Part shown: positions 36,306 through 46,552 of the stretch, piece after piece
How the letters are laid out: every line of letters begins with the position of its first letter
How positions within the stretch are numbered: the first letter of the stretch is position 1
Virus record (IMG/VR): IMGVR_UViG_3300037245_003804
Span: 1 to 52,530 of that record
Reading direction: 5' to 3' (one strand)
DNA from: a virus
Taxonomy: Duplodnaviria > Caudoviricetes
Length of the DNA stretch: 52,530 bases
Translations under genes and position numbers: made by a program
Notes under the pieces: generated by a model
Seen by the model: the letters and a program-made list of their open reading frames with translations, nothing else
The model's database searches: none
Told to the model about the DNA's origin: nothing

Positions 36306-37196
36306 ATGGCTAATGAAGCTACAGCTGATTTAAAGGAAAAAATCAGATTAGAAATAAAATTTAAAAAGGAAATAAATACTTTTTTTAAAAAAGTACTTTC
36401 CTATTTTTCTGAGTCAATTTTAAATAATGTGCCGTTCAATATACCGGCAAAGTTCAATGAAGAGCTGGAAAAAATACTATTAAACCAGTATGTAATAGTA
36501 CAAAACTCGTTTGGAAGTGAGATAAGGGAAGATTTACCGCAAGAAATACAATCGAGTTTTTTAGAGGATGATTTAATAAATGACTCCTTTCAATCCTTTA
36601 ATATTGAAAGATCAAAAAATATAGCCAATGAGATAAATGAAACAACACAAGCACAAGCAAAAGAATCATTGTTTCTTGCAAGGACATTTGATACCACGAC
36701 TGAGGAGGAAGTGGACGGTAAAATAGTTGAAAAAAAAAATCTTTTAGTAGGCTTTGAGCTATTATTAGTTGCACAAAATATATTTTCACGTAAAATATTA
36801 GATAGAATACCTGCTATAGTTACTACTGAGACAGAAGTATCAGCAGAAACAGCGAAATTAACTGAAGTAGAGGTGTTAAGCACCCAGACTTCATCTATAC
36901 TAGCCGGTACTCCCATAGAAAGTACCGTTGATAAAACGTGGGTTTCGCAAGGTGACAGTTTAGTAAGAGAAACTCATTTAAGAGCTGATGGGCAAACGGT
37001 ACCATCGAATAAGCCATTTTCTGTAGGCGATAGTTTGTTGATGGTACCCGGTGATACATCATTGGGTGCATCTTTAAATGAAATAATAAATTGCCGATGT
37101 GCAGCTCAGTATGATGATAGCAAAGTGATTGCTATTCGATGGGAAAAATTCAATAATGAAGAAAGTGAGCAAGTTATGAGGGTAGGATTCCTTTGA
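36306..37196 (+). CDS. Minor head protein (Mu gpF / SPP1 gp7-like)
   Basis: KTW…D..VRETH..ADGQ…F.VG…PGD…EIINCRC. Confidence 0.85.
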   Translation: MANEATADLKEKIRLEIKFKKEINTFFKKVLSYFSESILNNVPFNIPAKFNEELEKILLNQYVIVQNSFGSEIREDLPQEIQSSFLEDDLINDSFQSFNIERSKNIANEINETTQAQAKESLFLARTFDTTTEEEVDGKIVEKKNLLVGFELLLVAQNIFSRKILDRIPAIVTTETEVSAETAKLTEVEVLSTQTSSILAGTPIESTVDKTWVSQGDSLVRETHLRADGQTVPSNKPFSVGDSLLMVPGDTSLGASLNEIINCRCAAQYDDSKVIAIRWEKFNNEESEQVMRVGFL

Positions 37197-38266
37197 CAAG
37201 TGAATATAAGATAGAAAATAAGGTTTTCAGAAAAGTAGAGCTTTCTTATAAAGGAATAGAAGACCGTAACGGTATTCCTGTGGGAATTGTTGAGGGATAT
37301 ATAGCAACATGGGATGTGGATAGGGGCGATGGTTGGGGCGTTAGTGATCAATTTGTTAAAGGATGTTTTAAGGAATCAATACAAGACCATGTAAAAGAAG
37401 GGCGCCCAGTTAGACTAAAAGACCACCATTCACGTACCATTGGCGGTTTCCCTGCTGAAACAGTAGTAGAGGACGATAGAGGGCTATTTGCGCGCGGTGA
37501 AGTAAATTTAGAAGTCCAGCAAGGAAAAGAGATATATATGCTGGCAAAGCAAGGGGTTATTACCGACTTTTCTATAGGATTTACTTCTTTGGAAGATTCC
37601 GAAAGTGATGGTATACGGCAAATAACAAAGGCTATTATATGGGAGGGATCAATGGTTGATGAGCCCATGAATCCGCACGCGAATATAATTAACGTTAAGA
37701 AAGCGGTACCATTTCAAGATTTACCATTGGCATCTAAAGACGTAGAGTGGAATGCTGAGCAAGCGGATGGCCGTGTGCGTGGTTGGGCTGCTTCTAAAGA
37801 CGCCCCCACGGAAGAATATAAAAATGCATTTTTGTGTCATAATGAAGATGTTTTTAGCGATAATAAATTATTGATAGCGGATATTATTGACGGTGAGTTG
37901 AAAGCAATTCCTGCTGCTATTATTTCTGCTGCTGCTTACCTTAGCGATTTGAATGGGGAACGTGGTAGTGTTAATATTTCTGATGTCGAAAGAAAAACAG
38001 TTATAAATTCTATCAATAATTATTATAGCAAGATGGATATGGATAGTCCTTTTGAGTTTAAAATAACTAGCAGCACTGTTAATAAATTGACAAAAAGAGA
38101 GCTGGAAAAGATTTTACAAAATGGCAACCAATTTACAAGGAAAGGAGCGAAAATAGTAGCTTCATTCTTTGAAGTTGAAAGCGAAAAAGATGAGATTGGT
38201 TATAAGGAAGTTGCTTTAAAATTAAACGAATTAACAGACTATGTAAAAAGATTGAAAGATTTGTAA
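37193..38266 (+). CDS. Prohead protease (HK97-type) with C-terminal extension
   Basis: DHH..TIG, DDRGLF, FSIGF, WEGSMVDEPMNP. Confidence 0.88.
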   Translation: MTSEYKIENKVFRKVELSYKGIEDRNGIPVGIVEGYIATWDVDRGDGWGVSDQFVKGCFKESIQDHVKEGRPVRLKDHHSRTIGGFPAETVVEDDRGLFARGEVNLEVQQGKEIYMLAKQGVITDFSIGFTSLEDSESDGIRQITKAIIWEGSMVDEPMNPHANIINVKKAVPFQDLPLASKDVEWNAEQADGRVRGWAASKDAPTEEYKNAFLCHNEDVFSDNKLLIADIIDGELKAIPAAIISAAAYLSDLNGERGSVNISDVERKTVINSINNYYSKMDMDSPFEFKITSSTVNKLTKRELEKILQNGNQFTRKGAKIVASFFEVESEKDEIGYKEVALKLNELTDYVKRLKDL

Positions 38267-38367
38267 TGCCGAGATGACATTGCATTTTACAACGTAATTC
38301 TTGTTAATGGTGGGACGCTATTAACTTTGAATATATTTAATACTAAATATACTTTGAGGTTATTATC

Positions 38368-39549
38368 ATGAGCGTCGAACAAAATGAGCTAGAAAAAGTT
38401 ATAAAAAGCGTAGAAGCATTGAGAGAAGAAGTTACAAAAACTCTCCCTGATTATTCTAAAATAGAAATTATCCAAAAATCTTTAGATAAAATGGAAAAGG
38501 AAAGTGCAAAGCTAGTTGCTGAAAAAGCACAAGATAGACAAAAGCAAATAGAGTTGGAAGAAAAAATAGCAAACTTAGAAGTGACATTGTCAAGATCAAC
38601 TAAAATAGATGTCCACTATAAAGAAACTGAAACTTACAAAAATTTTCATCAGTTCTGTATGTACGGTGAAAAAGCCCTTCCTATCGAAACTAAACAAACG
38701 CTACGGACCGATATTGATCCGCAAGGTGGGTATTTAGTTCCTGTTGAGCTTGACAATATTCTTGTTAAGAAAATAGTTGAAATTAGCCCAATTCGGTCAG
38801 TCTCCCGAGTACGGACTACTTCAGCAAAAACATTAATTATCCCAATTCGTAACACTATCCCTACCGCTGAGTTTGAAGGTGAAGCCGAGGAAGGCATCGA
38901 AAGTAATTCAACCTACCAGGCTGAATCTTTCACCCCTTATCGCTTAACTTTTACCTCACCCATTACTAGAGATATGTTAATGGATGCTGATTTCAATATG
39001 GAAACTGAAATTTTTGGTGATGGTGCTGAAGCTTTTGCGTTCAAAGAAGGTAACCGGTTTGTATTGGGGACAGGAGTTAAACAACCTTCTGGTTTTCTTG
39101 CAGATACAAGGGTAACAGATTCGTTTAGAGATTCTGAAGTAACGGGAACATTAACCGCTACGGATATGCTGAGAGTAACAGGAGACCTAAAAGAAGGTTA
39201 CACACCTACCTATGTTTTAAATCGCCGTACATTAGCTGTTCTACGCACTGAGAAGTCCACTACTGGGCAATTCATATGGCTACCAGGTATTAATGGAGTT
39301 GTTGAAAATACATTGGCTGGTCATCCATATATTATTGCTAATGATATGCCTGACATTGCTACTGATTCATTCCCTGTTGCATTTGGTGATTTCATGCGAG
39401 GATATTTGATTCTTGATAGAACTGGTCTTAATATTATTCGTGATGATGTCACGCAGAAAAGGAAGGCTATTGTTGAGTTTACAATGATGCGATGGCTCAC
39501 AGGGCAAGTTGTACTTCCTGAAGCAATTACTGGTATCAAAATAACATAA
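38368..39549 (+). CDS. Major capsid protein (HK97 fold with delta domain)
   Basis: Coiled-coil N-terminus, GGYLVP, G.G..QP.G, AFGDF..GY.I.DR. Confidence 0.93.
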   Translation: MSVEQNELEKVIKSVEALREEVTKTLPDYSKIEIIQKSLDKMEKESAKLVAEKAQDRQKQIELEEKIANLEVTLSRSTKIDVHYKETETYKNFHQFCMYGEKALPIETKQTLRTDIDPQGGYLVPVELDNILVKKIVEISPIRSVSRVRTTSAKTLIIPIRNTIPTAEFEGEAEEGIESNSTYQAESFTPYRLTFTSPITRDMLMDADFNMETEIFGDGAEAFAFKEGNRFVLGTGVKQPSGFLADTRVTDSFRDSEVTGTLTATDMLRVTGDLKEGYTPTYVLNRRTLAVLRTEKSTTGQFIWLPGINGVVENTLAGHPYIIANDMPDIATDSFPVAFGDFMRGYLILDRTGLNIIRDDVTQKRKAIVEFTMMRWLTGQVVLPEAITGIKIT

Positions 39550-39585
39550 AGATTAATTTATTAATAATTTTTAGGAGAATTAAAT

Positions 39586-40005
39586 ATGGAATATGACTTT
39601 CATAATGATATTTCGCAGACTCTAGCTATAATTTGGAACACTCATACACAGACAGTTAGTTATGGGCGTACAATTGATACTAAGGGGTTTAATGCTCTCG
39701 AGTATATTGTCACTTCTGGTGCAATTACAGCAGGGGATTTTGCTGGCATTTTGCAAGAAAGTGATACAGGGGATTTTACAGGTGAAGAAGTTGCTGTTGA
39801 TCCTGAGCTAGTGCTAGGAAGTGTTAATTTTATTGCGACTACCAATAACAATGAAGTGCAACGCATGGGTTCAGTAGGTAAGAAGCGATATCAAAGAATA
39901 GGACTTAGCACGGCAGGTGGCGCTAGTGGACAATTTACAGCATCAGCTGTCCTAAGTGTAGCCCAGTCAATGCCTACTCCATTAACTGCGGGAATCCCTG
40001 CTTAA
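39586..40005 (+). CDS. Putative capsid decoration/cement protein, copy 1
   Basis: Follows MCP; IDTKGF..L, LQESD, KRY.R motifs. Confidence 0.6.
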   Translation: MEYDFHNDISQTLAIIWNTHTQTVSYGRTIDTKGFNALEYIVTSGAITAGDFAGILQESDTGDFTGEEVAVDPELVLGSVNFIATTNNNEVQRMGSVGKKRYQRIGLSTAGGASGQFTASAVLSVAQSMPTPLTAGIPA

Positions 40006-40020
40006 TATTAGCAAATTACC

Positions 40021-40052
40021 ATATCCCCTCTATTATTTATTAGTAGAGGGGG
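40021..40052 (+). terminator. Hairpin (terminator-like), copy 1
   Basis: CCCCTCTATT…AGTAGAGGGG. Confidence 0.5.
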
Positions 40053-40080
40053 TTAATAATTGATTGGAGATTTGTTAGAT

Positions 40081-40491
40081 ATGGAATATGATTTACATAA
40101 CAATATCAAACAGGTATTAGCATTAGATTTTGATACTCATGGTTTTACTAGCCTTGGATATACTATTGATACCGATAATTTTGGATCGCTTGAATATATT
40201 GTTCATTCTGGGCTACTCACTGAAGGTAGTTGGACTGTTAGGCTTGAACAAAGCAATACAGGAGCTTTTGCAGGTGAAGAAGTTACTGTTGATCCTGAAT
40301 TAGTATTAGGAAGCGTTAGTTTTGTTACCCCTACAAATAGTTATCAAGCACAACGCATTGGATCAATAAGTAAGGCGCGTTATGAAAGAATAGTTTTTGT
40401 TGGTAGTGACTTTCCTAACGGACAATTGGGCGCTGTAGCTGTTCTTGGGCTTCCTATATCCAGCCCTACAGGTGATGGTATTCCTATTTAA
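40081..40491 (+). CDS. Putative capsid decoration/cement protein, copy 2 (start MEYDL)
   Basis: Paralog of 39586-40005 (GEEV.VDPELVLGSV shared). Confidence 0.6.
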   Translation: MEYDLHNNIKQVLALDFDTHGFTSLGYTIDTDNFGSLEYIVHSGLLTEGSWTVRLEQSNTGAFAGEEVTVDPELVLGSVSFVTPTNSYQAQRIGSISKARYERIVFVGSDFPNGQLGAVAVLGLPISSPTGDGIPI

Positions 40492-40506
40492 TTTTATCAA
40501 ATAACG

Positions 40507-40543
40507 ATATCCCCTTTATTATTTATTAGTAGAGGGGAATTTT
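40507..40543 (+). terminator. Hairpin (terminator-like), copy 2
   Basis: CCCCTTTATT…AGTAGAGGGG followed by AATTTT. Confidence 0.5.
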
Positions 40544-40569
40544 CATAATCAAATAGAGATTTATTAGAT

Positions 40570-41025
40570 ATGGATAATGTATCTGTTAAATTTTACGATG
40601 ACAGAAGGTGGTCTATTGATATAGAGCATCAAATACAAGTATCAAAAAATGAAATAGTACATAATCTTAGCCGTAAATTTGCGTTGAGAGTAGTAGAAAA
40701 AAAGGCAGGAGAAATAATAACATTAGATAAATCTGTGTATTCTTTCAATGAATTGAATAGATTGGATATGGATGAGTTGCGTAACATAGCATCATCTTAT
40801 AATGTGAAAGCAAGATCAAAAGATAAAATAATTGAAAAGATTATAAAAAATCAGATATATAATAAAGATTACTTAACAAAAGATATTGATTCCACAGCAA
40901 AGCAAGAAGAGATAATTTATATATCCGAGTGCAAAGAAATAAAGACCAACCACGAATATGATTCATTGCTGGAAATTGTTGAGTTAATAATTGATGAAAA
41001 TGAGATTAATGAAGTTCAGGAATAA
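40570..41025 (+). CDS. Hypothetical head-region protein with HeH/Rho-N-like motif
   Basis: LNRLDMDELRNIASSYNVKARSKDKIIEKI. Confidence 0.55.
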   Translation: MDNVSVKFYDDRRWSIDIEHQIQVSKNEIVHNLSRKFALRVVEKKAGEIITLDKSVYSFNELNRLDMDELRNIASSYNVKARSKDKIIEKIIKNQIYNKDYLTKDIDSTAKQEEIIYISECKEIKTNHEYDSLLEIVELIIDENEINEVQE

Positions 41026-41093
41026 GGAAGAAATTCCCTACTTGAAAGATAAAAGAAAATCCAAACGCAGAACTAAATCACAAAAAGTGGAAT

Positions 41094-41735
41094 ATGTGGA
41101 CTCATTCAACGAATTTGTTTCCGGGCCAATTCGAACAAACAAGCGATAATAATACGCTACAAAACTATCAACTATATGATGTTATAAGTTTAGGGCCATC
41201 GCCTGTATCATTAGAAGATATGAAGCTTTACTTGAGCGTAACAAATTCCGTCAATGATGTTTTAATACAACAATTAATTAATGCATGCACAAGTTGGGGC
41301 GAGCTTTATACTGCGCGTGATTTTAGAGCAAACAACTATAATTTATATCTTGATTTGTTTGCAACAAGAATAGAGTTAAGAAAAAACCCAATATCAATCA
41401 TAAATTCTATAGATTATTATGTTGATAACAACTTTGTAACAATAGATTCAGATATATACTATTTAAAAAATGGATTTCAAATATCAGAAATTTTGCTAAT
41501 AGATTCTGAACAGTGGCCCACTAATGGAGACACTATAGAACAAGCTATAAAAATTGATTTTACAACTAAAGCTGTAGATGAAAGGAAACTACAAATAGCT
41601 GAAGATGCAATAAAGAGACATGTAGCATATATGTTCGAGAATAGGGGCGATTGTGTTGAGTGCTCAGGATGCGCTGGTAGTGATGCTGCGAATGTTAAAG
41701 TATTATATGATATGTTGAGAATACCGAGGTTTTAA
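41094..41735 (+). CDS. Head-tail connector (gp6/gp15-like)
   Basis: PVSLEDMKLYL…D.LI..LI.A…E.YT.R, VAYMFENRG. Confidence 0.82.
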   Translation: MWTHSTNLFPGQFEQTSDNNTLQNYQLYDVISLGPSPVSLEDMKLYLSVTNSVNDVLIQQLINACTSWGELYTARDFRANNYNLYLDLFATRIELRKNPISIINSIDYYVDNNFVTIDSDIYYLKNGFQISEILLIDSEQWPTNGDTIEQAIKIDFTTKAVDERKLQIAEDAIKRHVAYMFENRGDCVECSGCAGSDAANVKVLYDMLRIPRF

Positions 41736-41736
41736 A

Positions 41737-42027
41737 ATGACAATTTTATTTCTTGATAGAACATTTGGTGGGCCAAGTCTTAATACACATAGTAGCCGTG
41801 GAGGCATGCATATTTATAGTGTGCGGGGTAACTTTGATGGTGCATCAGTAACACTTCAACTTTTAAATCCTGACGATCCTAATGTTCAATATACAAATGT
41901 TGAAAACTCAACTGTAACTGAGCCTATTGATAAGTCAGTTGAATATATACCGAATGGGTGGACTGTAAGGGCAGTTATTGCAGGAGCAGGAGACACCACG
42001 AATATATTTGCTAGTATTTCCACATGA
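41737..42027 (+). CDS. Hypothetical virion protein
   Basis: Beta-rich (GNFDGASVTLQ) ORF in the neck region. Confidence 0.55.
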   Translation: MTILFLDRTFGGPSLNTHSSRGGMHIYSVRGNFDGASVTLQLLNPDDPNVQYTNVENSTVTEPIDKSVEYIPNGWTVRAVIAGAGDTTNIFASIST

Positions 42028-42176
42028 TAAATGAAATGGGAAGGGCGCTTATTAGGAATGGCGACAATAATTTAGGTTATGATTTAATAGCACAAGGTCA
42101 AGAATCGGATGAATTTTTGTTACAAGAAGATGATTCCCTATTATTGCAAGAAAATTTTGATGGTATATTACTGTAA
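42024..42176 (+). CDS. Small acidic virion protein (50 aa, not in the ORF track)
   Basis: ATGA and TAATG overlaps with both neighbours; LLQEDDSLLLQE motif. Confidence 0.5.
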   Translation: MINEMGRALIRNGDNNLGYDLIAQGQESDEFLLQEDDSLLLQENFDGILL

Positions 42177-44083
42177 TGGCTGATAAAAAAATAAGTGAAT
42201 TAAGTTCTGCCACCACACCATTAAGTGGTATTGAAGTTATCCCATTAGTTCAAACTAATGAAACTAGAAAAGTCACAGTTAATGATTTAGTGGCTTCTCT
42301 AGTTATAACTATTAGTTGGGGAGAGATTCAAGGATCAAGTGTTTACGATCAAGGTGATTTAGGGATTATATTAAACGAGAAGTATGATAAAACTGGTGGC
42401 AATATAACCGGACCAATGATATCTTCATCAACGATAGTGGCTTCTTCTTTCAATGGATTGGTTCCAGTAATTTCTGGTCCAGGGACTAACGCTTTATTTG
42501 ATGATGGGGTTTATAAAGCAATACCTAGCCCTATTGATGGTTTGCAAGATGGCCAAGTTGTTGTAGCGGATGGCGATGACGATGTGAAAACAACAGGTAC
42601 TACTGTTTTCAATGTCAGCAATGCGATTATAACAACACAACATTTAGCGCAAGAAAAGACATTGAAGGTGTCAGCGTCTCGTAATTGGACACACATTGAC
42701 GTCGCAGGAAACCCTTCATTTTCATGTGCCATCTACAATCAGGAATCATTCATTGCTGCGGGTAACAACACCACTAACGTATACCGTAGCGTTGATGACG
42801 GGCTTACCTGGGCAACGGTAGCAACAGGTGTAAATGAGACATGGTCTGGAGCAACTTACAATTCAGAAACCAATACAACCGTATTAGCAGGCACTAATGC
42901 TAGCATCATTACATCGGAAAATGGCGGCCTTACCTGGGCACAACAAACCACACCTATTATCGTCCCCACCCCTAATTGGCAGGATGTAACCTATGCCAAT
43001 GGTCGCTATATCAGTGTGGGAGGGACTGGTACAGTTGGTAGCATCCTCTGGTCAAACGATAAAATAACTTGGAATATTGCCACTCACCCAGCTGTAGAGG
43101 TTCTTGATTCTGTAGCTTTTGGAAACGATGTATGGGTTGCGGTTGGTGGTAATACTGGCAGCGCATTGCTTGTTTCGTTTGATAATGGTGAGAATTGGAC
43201 TACCCAAACTATAACCTCCGGTTCTATTCAAAGTATAACTTTTGGTCAAGATATATTTTTATTAGCAGACACTGTAGGTGACCTCTACACTTCTCGAAAT
43301 GGACTAAGTGGAACGTGGGTTCAGGTTGGCAATTTTGGTGGTGGTGACACCGGCGCCACTTATTACGCATTGGGTCAATTTATTGTAGCTGGTGGCGGCA
43401 GTGCTATCCGTACATCATGGGATGCTCTCAATTGGACTTTACAAGTTACCTCCCCTGCTACGGCTAATCTGACCTATATTGCTGCCAGCGATAAATCTTT
43501 TATAGCCACATCGTCAAGCCCTTTTCAGGATATATACCGCTCCACTACGCCTGTCACTTCAATCAACGACATGTTCGAGTCTGACGGTGAGAGCGATTTT
43601 TCAGTGATACCTACTATCGGTCTCGCTTCGGCTAGAGCGGTCGCTAATGCCCAGGATGCTTCCGCAGCTCCAACTATAACAGTAATTAATACCGTCAATG
43701 TACCCGAAGAGATTACGGGTAGGATTGTTCTTGCGTCTAGCTTGAATAATTTATTCAATGTGACTAATGACGGTGCGCCTGCCACCAAACCCATGCTAAC
43801 TTATGTTGGGTTTAACCCAGGTATATTTTTATTAAATGGTTCAGCGGCTATTGATAACGTGGGTGGTGCGTCTGTTGGGGGTGCTATGGGATTCTTTTTG
43901 AATGGCATACCACTATTAGATTCATATATTGCTAATATGAATATTATAGAGCATATGAGCATTTCAAGATCAATCATTGAGTTAAATACTAATGATGAAG
44001 TAACATTTGGGGTGATAAATGAAACCAATATCGGCGACATGAATGTAAGTACGCTTTCAGTAACTATTGTTCAAATTGGTTGA
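42176..44083 (+). CDS. Neck/head fibre with Asp-box (BNR) beta-propeller and C-terminal beta-sandwich
   Basis: MADKKISEL N-terminal fibre motif; repeated S.D.G.TW boxes; located between the connector and head-closure genes. Confidence 0.7.
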   Translation: MADKKISELSSATTPLSGIEVIPLVQTNETRKVTVNDLVASLVITISWGEIQGSSVYDQGDLGIILNEKYDKTGGNITGPMISSSTIVASSFNGLVPVISGPGTNALFDDGVYKAIPSPIDGLQDGQVVVADGDDDVKTTGTTVFNVSNAIITTQHLAQEKTLKVSASRNWTHIDVAGNPSFSCAIYNQESFIAAGNNTTNVYRSVDDGLTWATVATGVNETWSGATYNSETNTTVLAGTNASIITSENGGLTWAQQTTPIIVPTPNWQDVTYANGRYISVGGTGTVGSILWSNDKITWNIATHPAVEVLDSVAFGNDVWVAVGGNTGSALLVSFDNGENWTTQTITSGSIQSITFGQDIFLLADTVGDLYTSRNGLSGTWVQVGNFGGGDTGATYYALGQFIVAGGGSAIRTSWDALNWTLQVTSPATANLTYIAASDKSFIATSSSPFQDIYRSTTPVTSINDMFESDGESDFSVIPTIGLASARAVANAQDASAAPTITVINTVNVPEEITGRIVLASSLNNLFNVTNDGAPATKPMLTYVGFNPGIFLLNGSAAIDNVGGASVGGAMGFFLNGIPLLDSYIANMNIIEHMSISRSIIELNTNDEVTFGVINETNIGDMNVSTLSVTIVQIG

Positions 44084-44100
44084 ATTTAAAATAATTAGCT

Positions 44101-44385
44101 ATGGAATGGAAAAAGCTATCAATTATATTTGCCGTGATTGTGGGTATTTCCACATTAATCAATATTGTTTTATCTATAATTGTCCCGAGATCAGAAATAA
44201 AATCAATGGAGCATGACATTTATTTGGAAATCAATAGAATTGAAATAAAAATGATGGAAAATGATATTGTAAGAAGAGAAGAGCAAAAATGCTCATTATT
44301 ACATAATGATATAACAGAGTTTAGGGAATGTATTTCATTGATAAAGCATAACGAAGCTCTTAGGTATATGAGCAGGAATAAGTAA
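44101..44385 (+). CDS. Single-TM coiled-coil protein
   Basis: N-terminal hydrophobic helix followed by a coiled coil. Confidence 0.5.
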   Translation: MEWKKLSIIFAVIVGISTLINIVLSIIVPRSEIKSMEHDIYLEINRIEIKMMENDIVRREEQKCSLLHNDITEFRECISLIKHNEALRYMSRNK

Positions 44386-44387
44386 AG

Positions 44388-44777
44388 ATGCCACCTCAAT
44401 GTTTTAAAATAAGAAAGAAAAAAAGACAATATTGCATTGGTGATTTGAGGGATGAGATTATATTGCAAAATAGAGCAATAACACCTCCATTTAATGGTAT
44501 TGGGTTTTCTGAAACATTCACCAATCAAATAACTATATTATCAGCGATTGAGACTATAAGAGGAAAAGTATATTTTGATGGTGTTGGAACAGAAACACCT
44601 ATAACACATGAAATAGGGTTTAGGTTTATTGAAGGAATTACTGCCGAAACATGGATATTATACGATGAGAGGCGTTTAGATATATTGAATCTTGAAGATT
44701 TAGACGAAAGACATGGCTGGTTGTTGGCGCAATGCACGGATAGAGGGCTAGAAGTTAGAGAAGCATCACAACTATGA
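44388..44777 (+). CDS. Head closure / head-tail adaptor (SPP1 gp16-like)
   Basis: IGDLR..I.LQ, THEI..RF..GIT, D.DER..WL. Confidence 0.82.
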   Translation: MPPQCFKIRKKKRQYCIGDLRDEIILQNRAITPPFNGIGFSETFTNQITILSAIETIRGKVYFDGVGTETPITHEIGFRFIEGITAETWILYDERRLDILNLEDLDERHGWLLAQCTDRGLEVREASQL

Positions 44778-45268
44778 AAGTTAAGGTTTTACAAGATCCT
44801 GAAAATTTTAAGGTGTACCATAAATTGAATGGTATAGAAAAAATGACAAAACGTGCCGTTCGTCAAGGGATGTTCAGATGGGCTAAAGATTTAAAAATAG
44901 TAGCGAACAAAGCTATATTAGCTAAAGATAAAACGGGAAGAATTTATAAAATAAGAACAAAATCAGGAAGAATGAGAACACATCAATCATCTGCTCCAGG
45001 ACAAAGCCATGCTAATTTATCAGGCGATTTAAGAAAAAGTATAGGGTGGAATGTTATAGGTAGTGATAGATTAGAATTTGGGTATGGATTAGATAAAGTA
45101 AAGAAAGCGCCAGAATATGCGCAATGGATAGAATTTGGAACTGAGGCCAATGAAGCTGGCCATGTAAGGTTAAAACCCAGACCAAGTATACAAAATGCTA
45201 TCACAAAAACACAAGGAACTGCGGAAACTTATTTTAATGATGAAATTAAAAAAATAAATGAAAGCTGA
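44774..45268 (+). CDS. HK97 gp10-like neck protein
   Basis: HQSSAPGQ…SGDLRKSI…YAQWIEFGT…PRP. Confidence 0.82.
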   Translation: MKVKVLQDPENFKVYHKLNGIEKMTKRAVRQGMFRWAKDLKIVANKAILAKDKTGRIYKIRTKSGRMRTHQSSAPGQSHANLSGDLRKSIGWNVIGSDRLEFGYGLDKVKKAPEYAQWIEFGTEANEAGHVRLKPRPSIQNAITKTQGTAETYFNDEIKKINES

Positions 45269-46355
45269 AGAAGTAATAACATTATTGCAAGCATCATTAC
45301 CTACTATCAATAATTCATTTAGTGATAATTTTGTTATTTCATCTATAGAAAATAACACAGGAACTACCGTCACAGTTATTACATTAGACGACAATGGATT
45401 TTCATTGGGACAAATGGTATTAATATCAGGGGTTAACTCTAATGTTGTTATAGATAGTTTAACTAGGTTACAAGACGTTGGAACACTTATAACAAATACA
45501 GATCATGATGTAACGAATGGTTTAAAAATTATAGAAATAAGCGGCTCTATAGAACCTGAATTTAATGGAACTTTTACTATAATAAATGTACAAAATAGAA
45601 GAACGATAACTTTTCAAATGATAAATTCCGGTCCAACGGTTAGTACAGGATTTCCTATTTTAGTTAATGGGGAATCGATTTTCAGGGGATATAATGGAAT
45701 CCAAACAATTTCTAATATTGTAAATACAACAACATTTGAATACGAAATAACACAAACAGGATTACAGCCAGGAACAGGTAGCGATATGTTAGCTATTCAA
45801 GGCGTTAGGATAGTCGGAGGCGCCACAGTAGAAAGATGTGTGGAGGCTTATACAAAACAAGAAACATTACAAAATTGGTTGTTTGTAGTGTTGGGTGATG
45901 TGACAGCATCAAAAAGCAGACATATATCTGAAGATGGTGTTTCAAATCAACAACGTGGTCAACAAAACATAGGATTTTATCAGCAAATAATACAAACACT
46001 TTCTATTTATGTTTTTTTACCTACGGCAGATCAACTTTCAGGAAGAGCGGCGCGGGATGAATCAGAGGAAATTTTCAGAGACATATGCAGGTCAATTTTG
46101 TTTTATAAATTTGATTCTAATTTGTATGATAAAAGCAAAGGTTCATTAGCAGTTGAAAACCACGGATTATATGCTTATAATTCTGCATACTATGTGCATC
46201 AATATAATTTTGAGCAGACAGTTGATTTGACCTATGAAGATACGGTAGGTGCTAACGTAGACGTTGCTTTCAGGGATATAGAATTAATACTTAACCAAAC
46301 AACCGGGAATGAGCCTTTCACAGCAAAAATTAATTTGGACGAAATACCACTATGA
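45258..46355 (+). CDS. Tail completion/terminator protein with inserted beta domains
   Basis: Position before gp38-like and sheath genes; C-terminal VAFRDI; two G.FNG/YNG…I….TF domains. Confidence 0.55.
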   Translation: MKAEEVITLLQASLPTINNSFSDNFVISSIENNTGTTVTVITLDDNGFSLGQMVLISGVNSNVVIDSLTRLQDVGTLITNTDHDVTNGLKIIEISGSIEPEFNGTFTIINVQNRRTITFQMINSGPTVSTGFPILVNGESIFRGYNGIQTISNIVNTTTFEYEITQTGLQPGTGSDMLAIQGVRIVGGATVERCVEAYTKQETLQNWLFVVLGDVTASKSRHISEDGVSNQQRGQQNIGFYQQIIQTLSIYVFLPTADQLSGRAARDESEEIFRDICRSILFYKFDSNLYDKSKGSLAVENHGLYAYNSAYYVHQYNFEQTVDLTYEDTVGANVDVAFRDIELILNQTTGNEPFTAKINLDEIPL

Positions 46356-46552
46356 AGCAAATAAAAATAAATAAAGATTTCCTAAATTATAAGAAAGGAC
46401 AACTAATCAATGTGGAAGTTGATAGCTCTGGAATTGTATTGGAAAAGTACTGGAGAAGTAGATTAAAAGATTCTCATTATGATAATTGTTGCGAACTAGT
46501 AAGTGAAAGTAAAAAAAAATTAAAGGAGAAAGATAATGACTCAAATATCTGA
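46352..46552 (+). CDS. Mu gp38/DUF2635-like small protein
   Basis: YWRSRLKD motif immediately before the sheath gene. Confidence 0.65.
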   Translation: MKQIKINKDFLNYKKGQLINVEVDSSGIVLEKYWRSRLKDSHYDNCCELVSESKKKLKEKDNDSNI

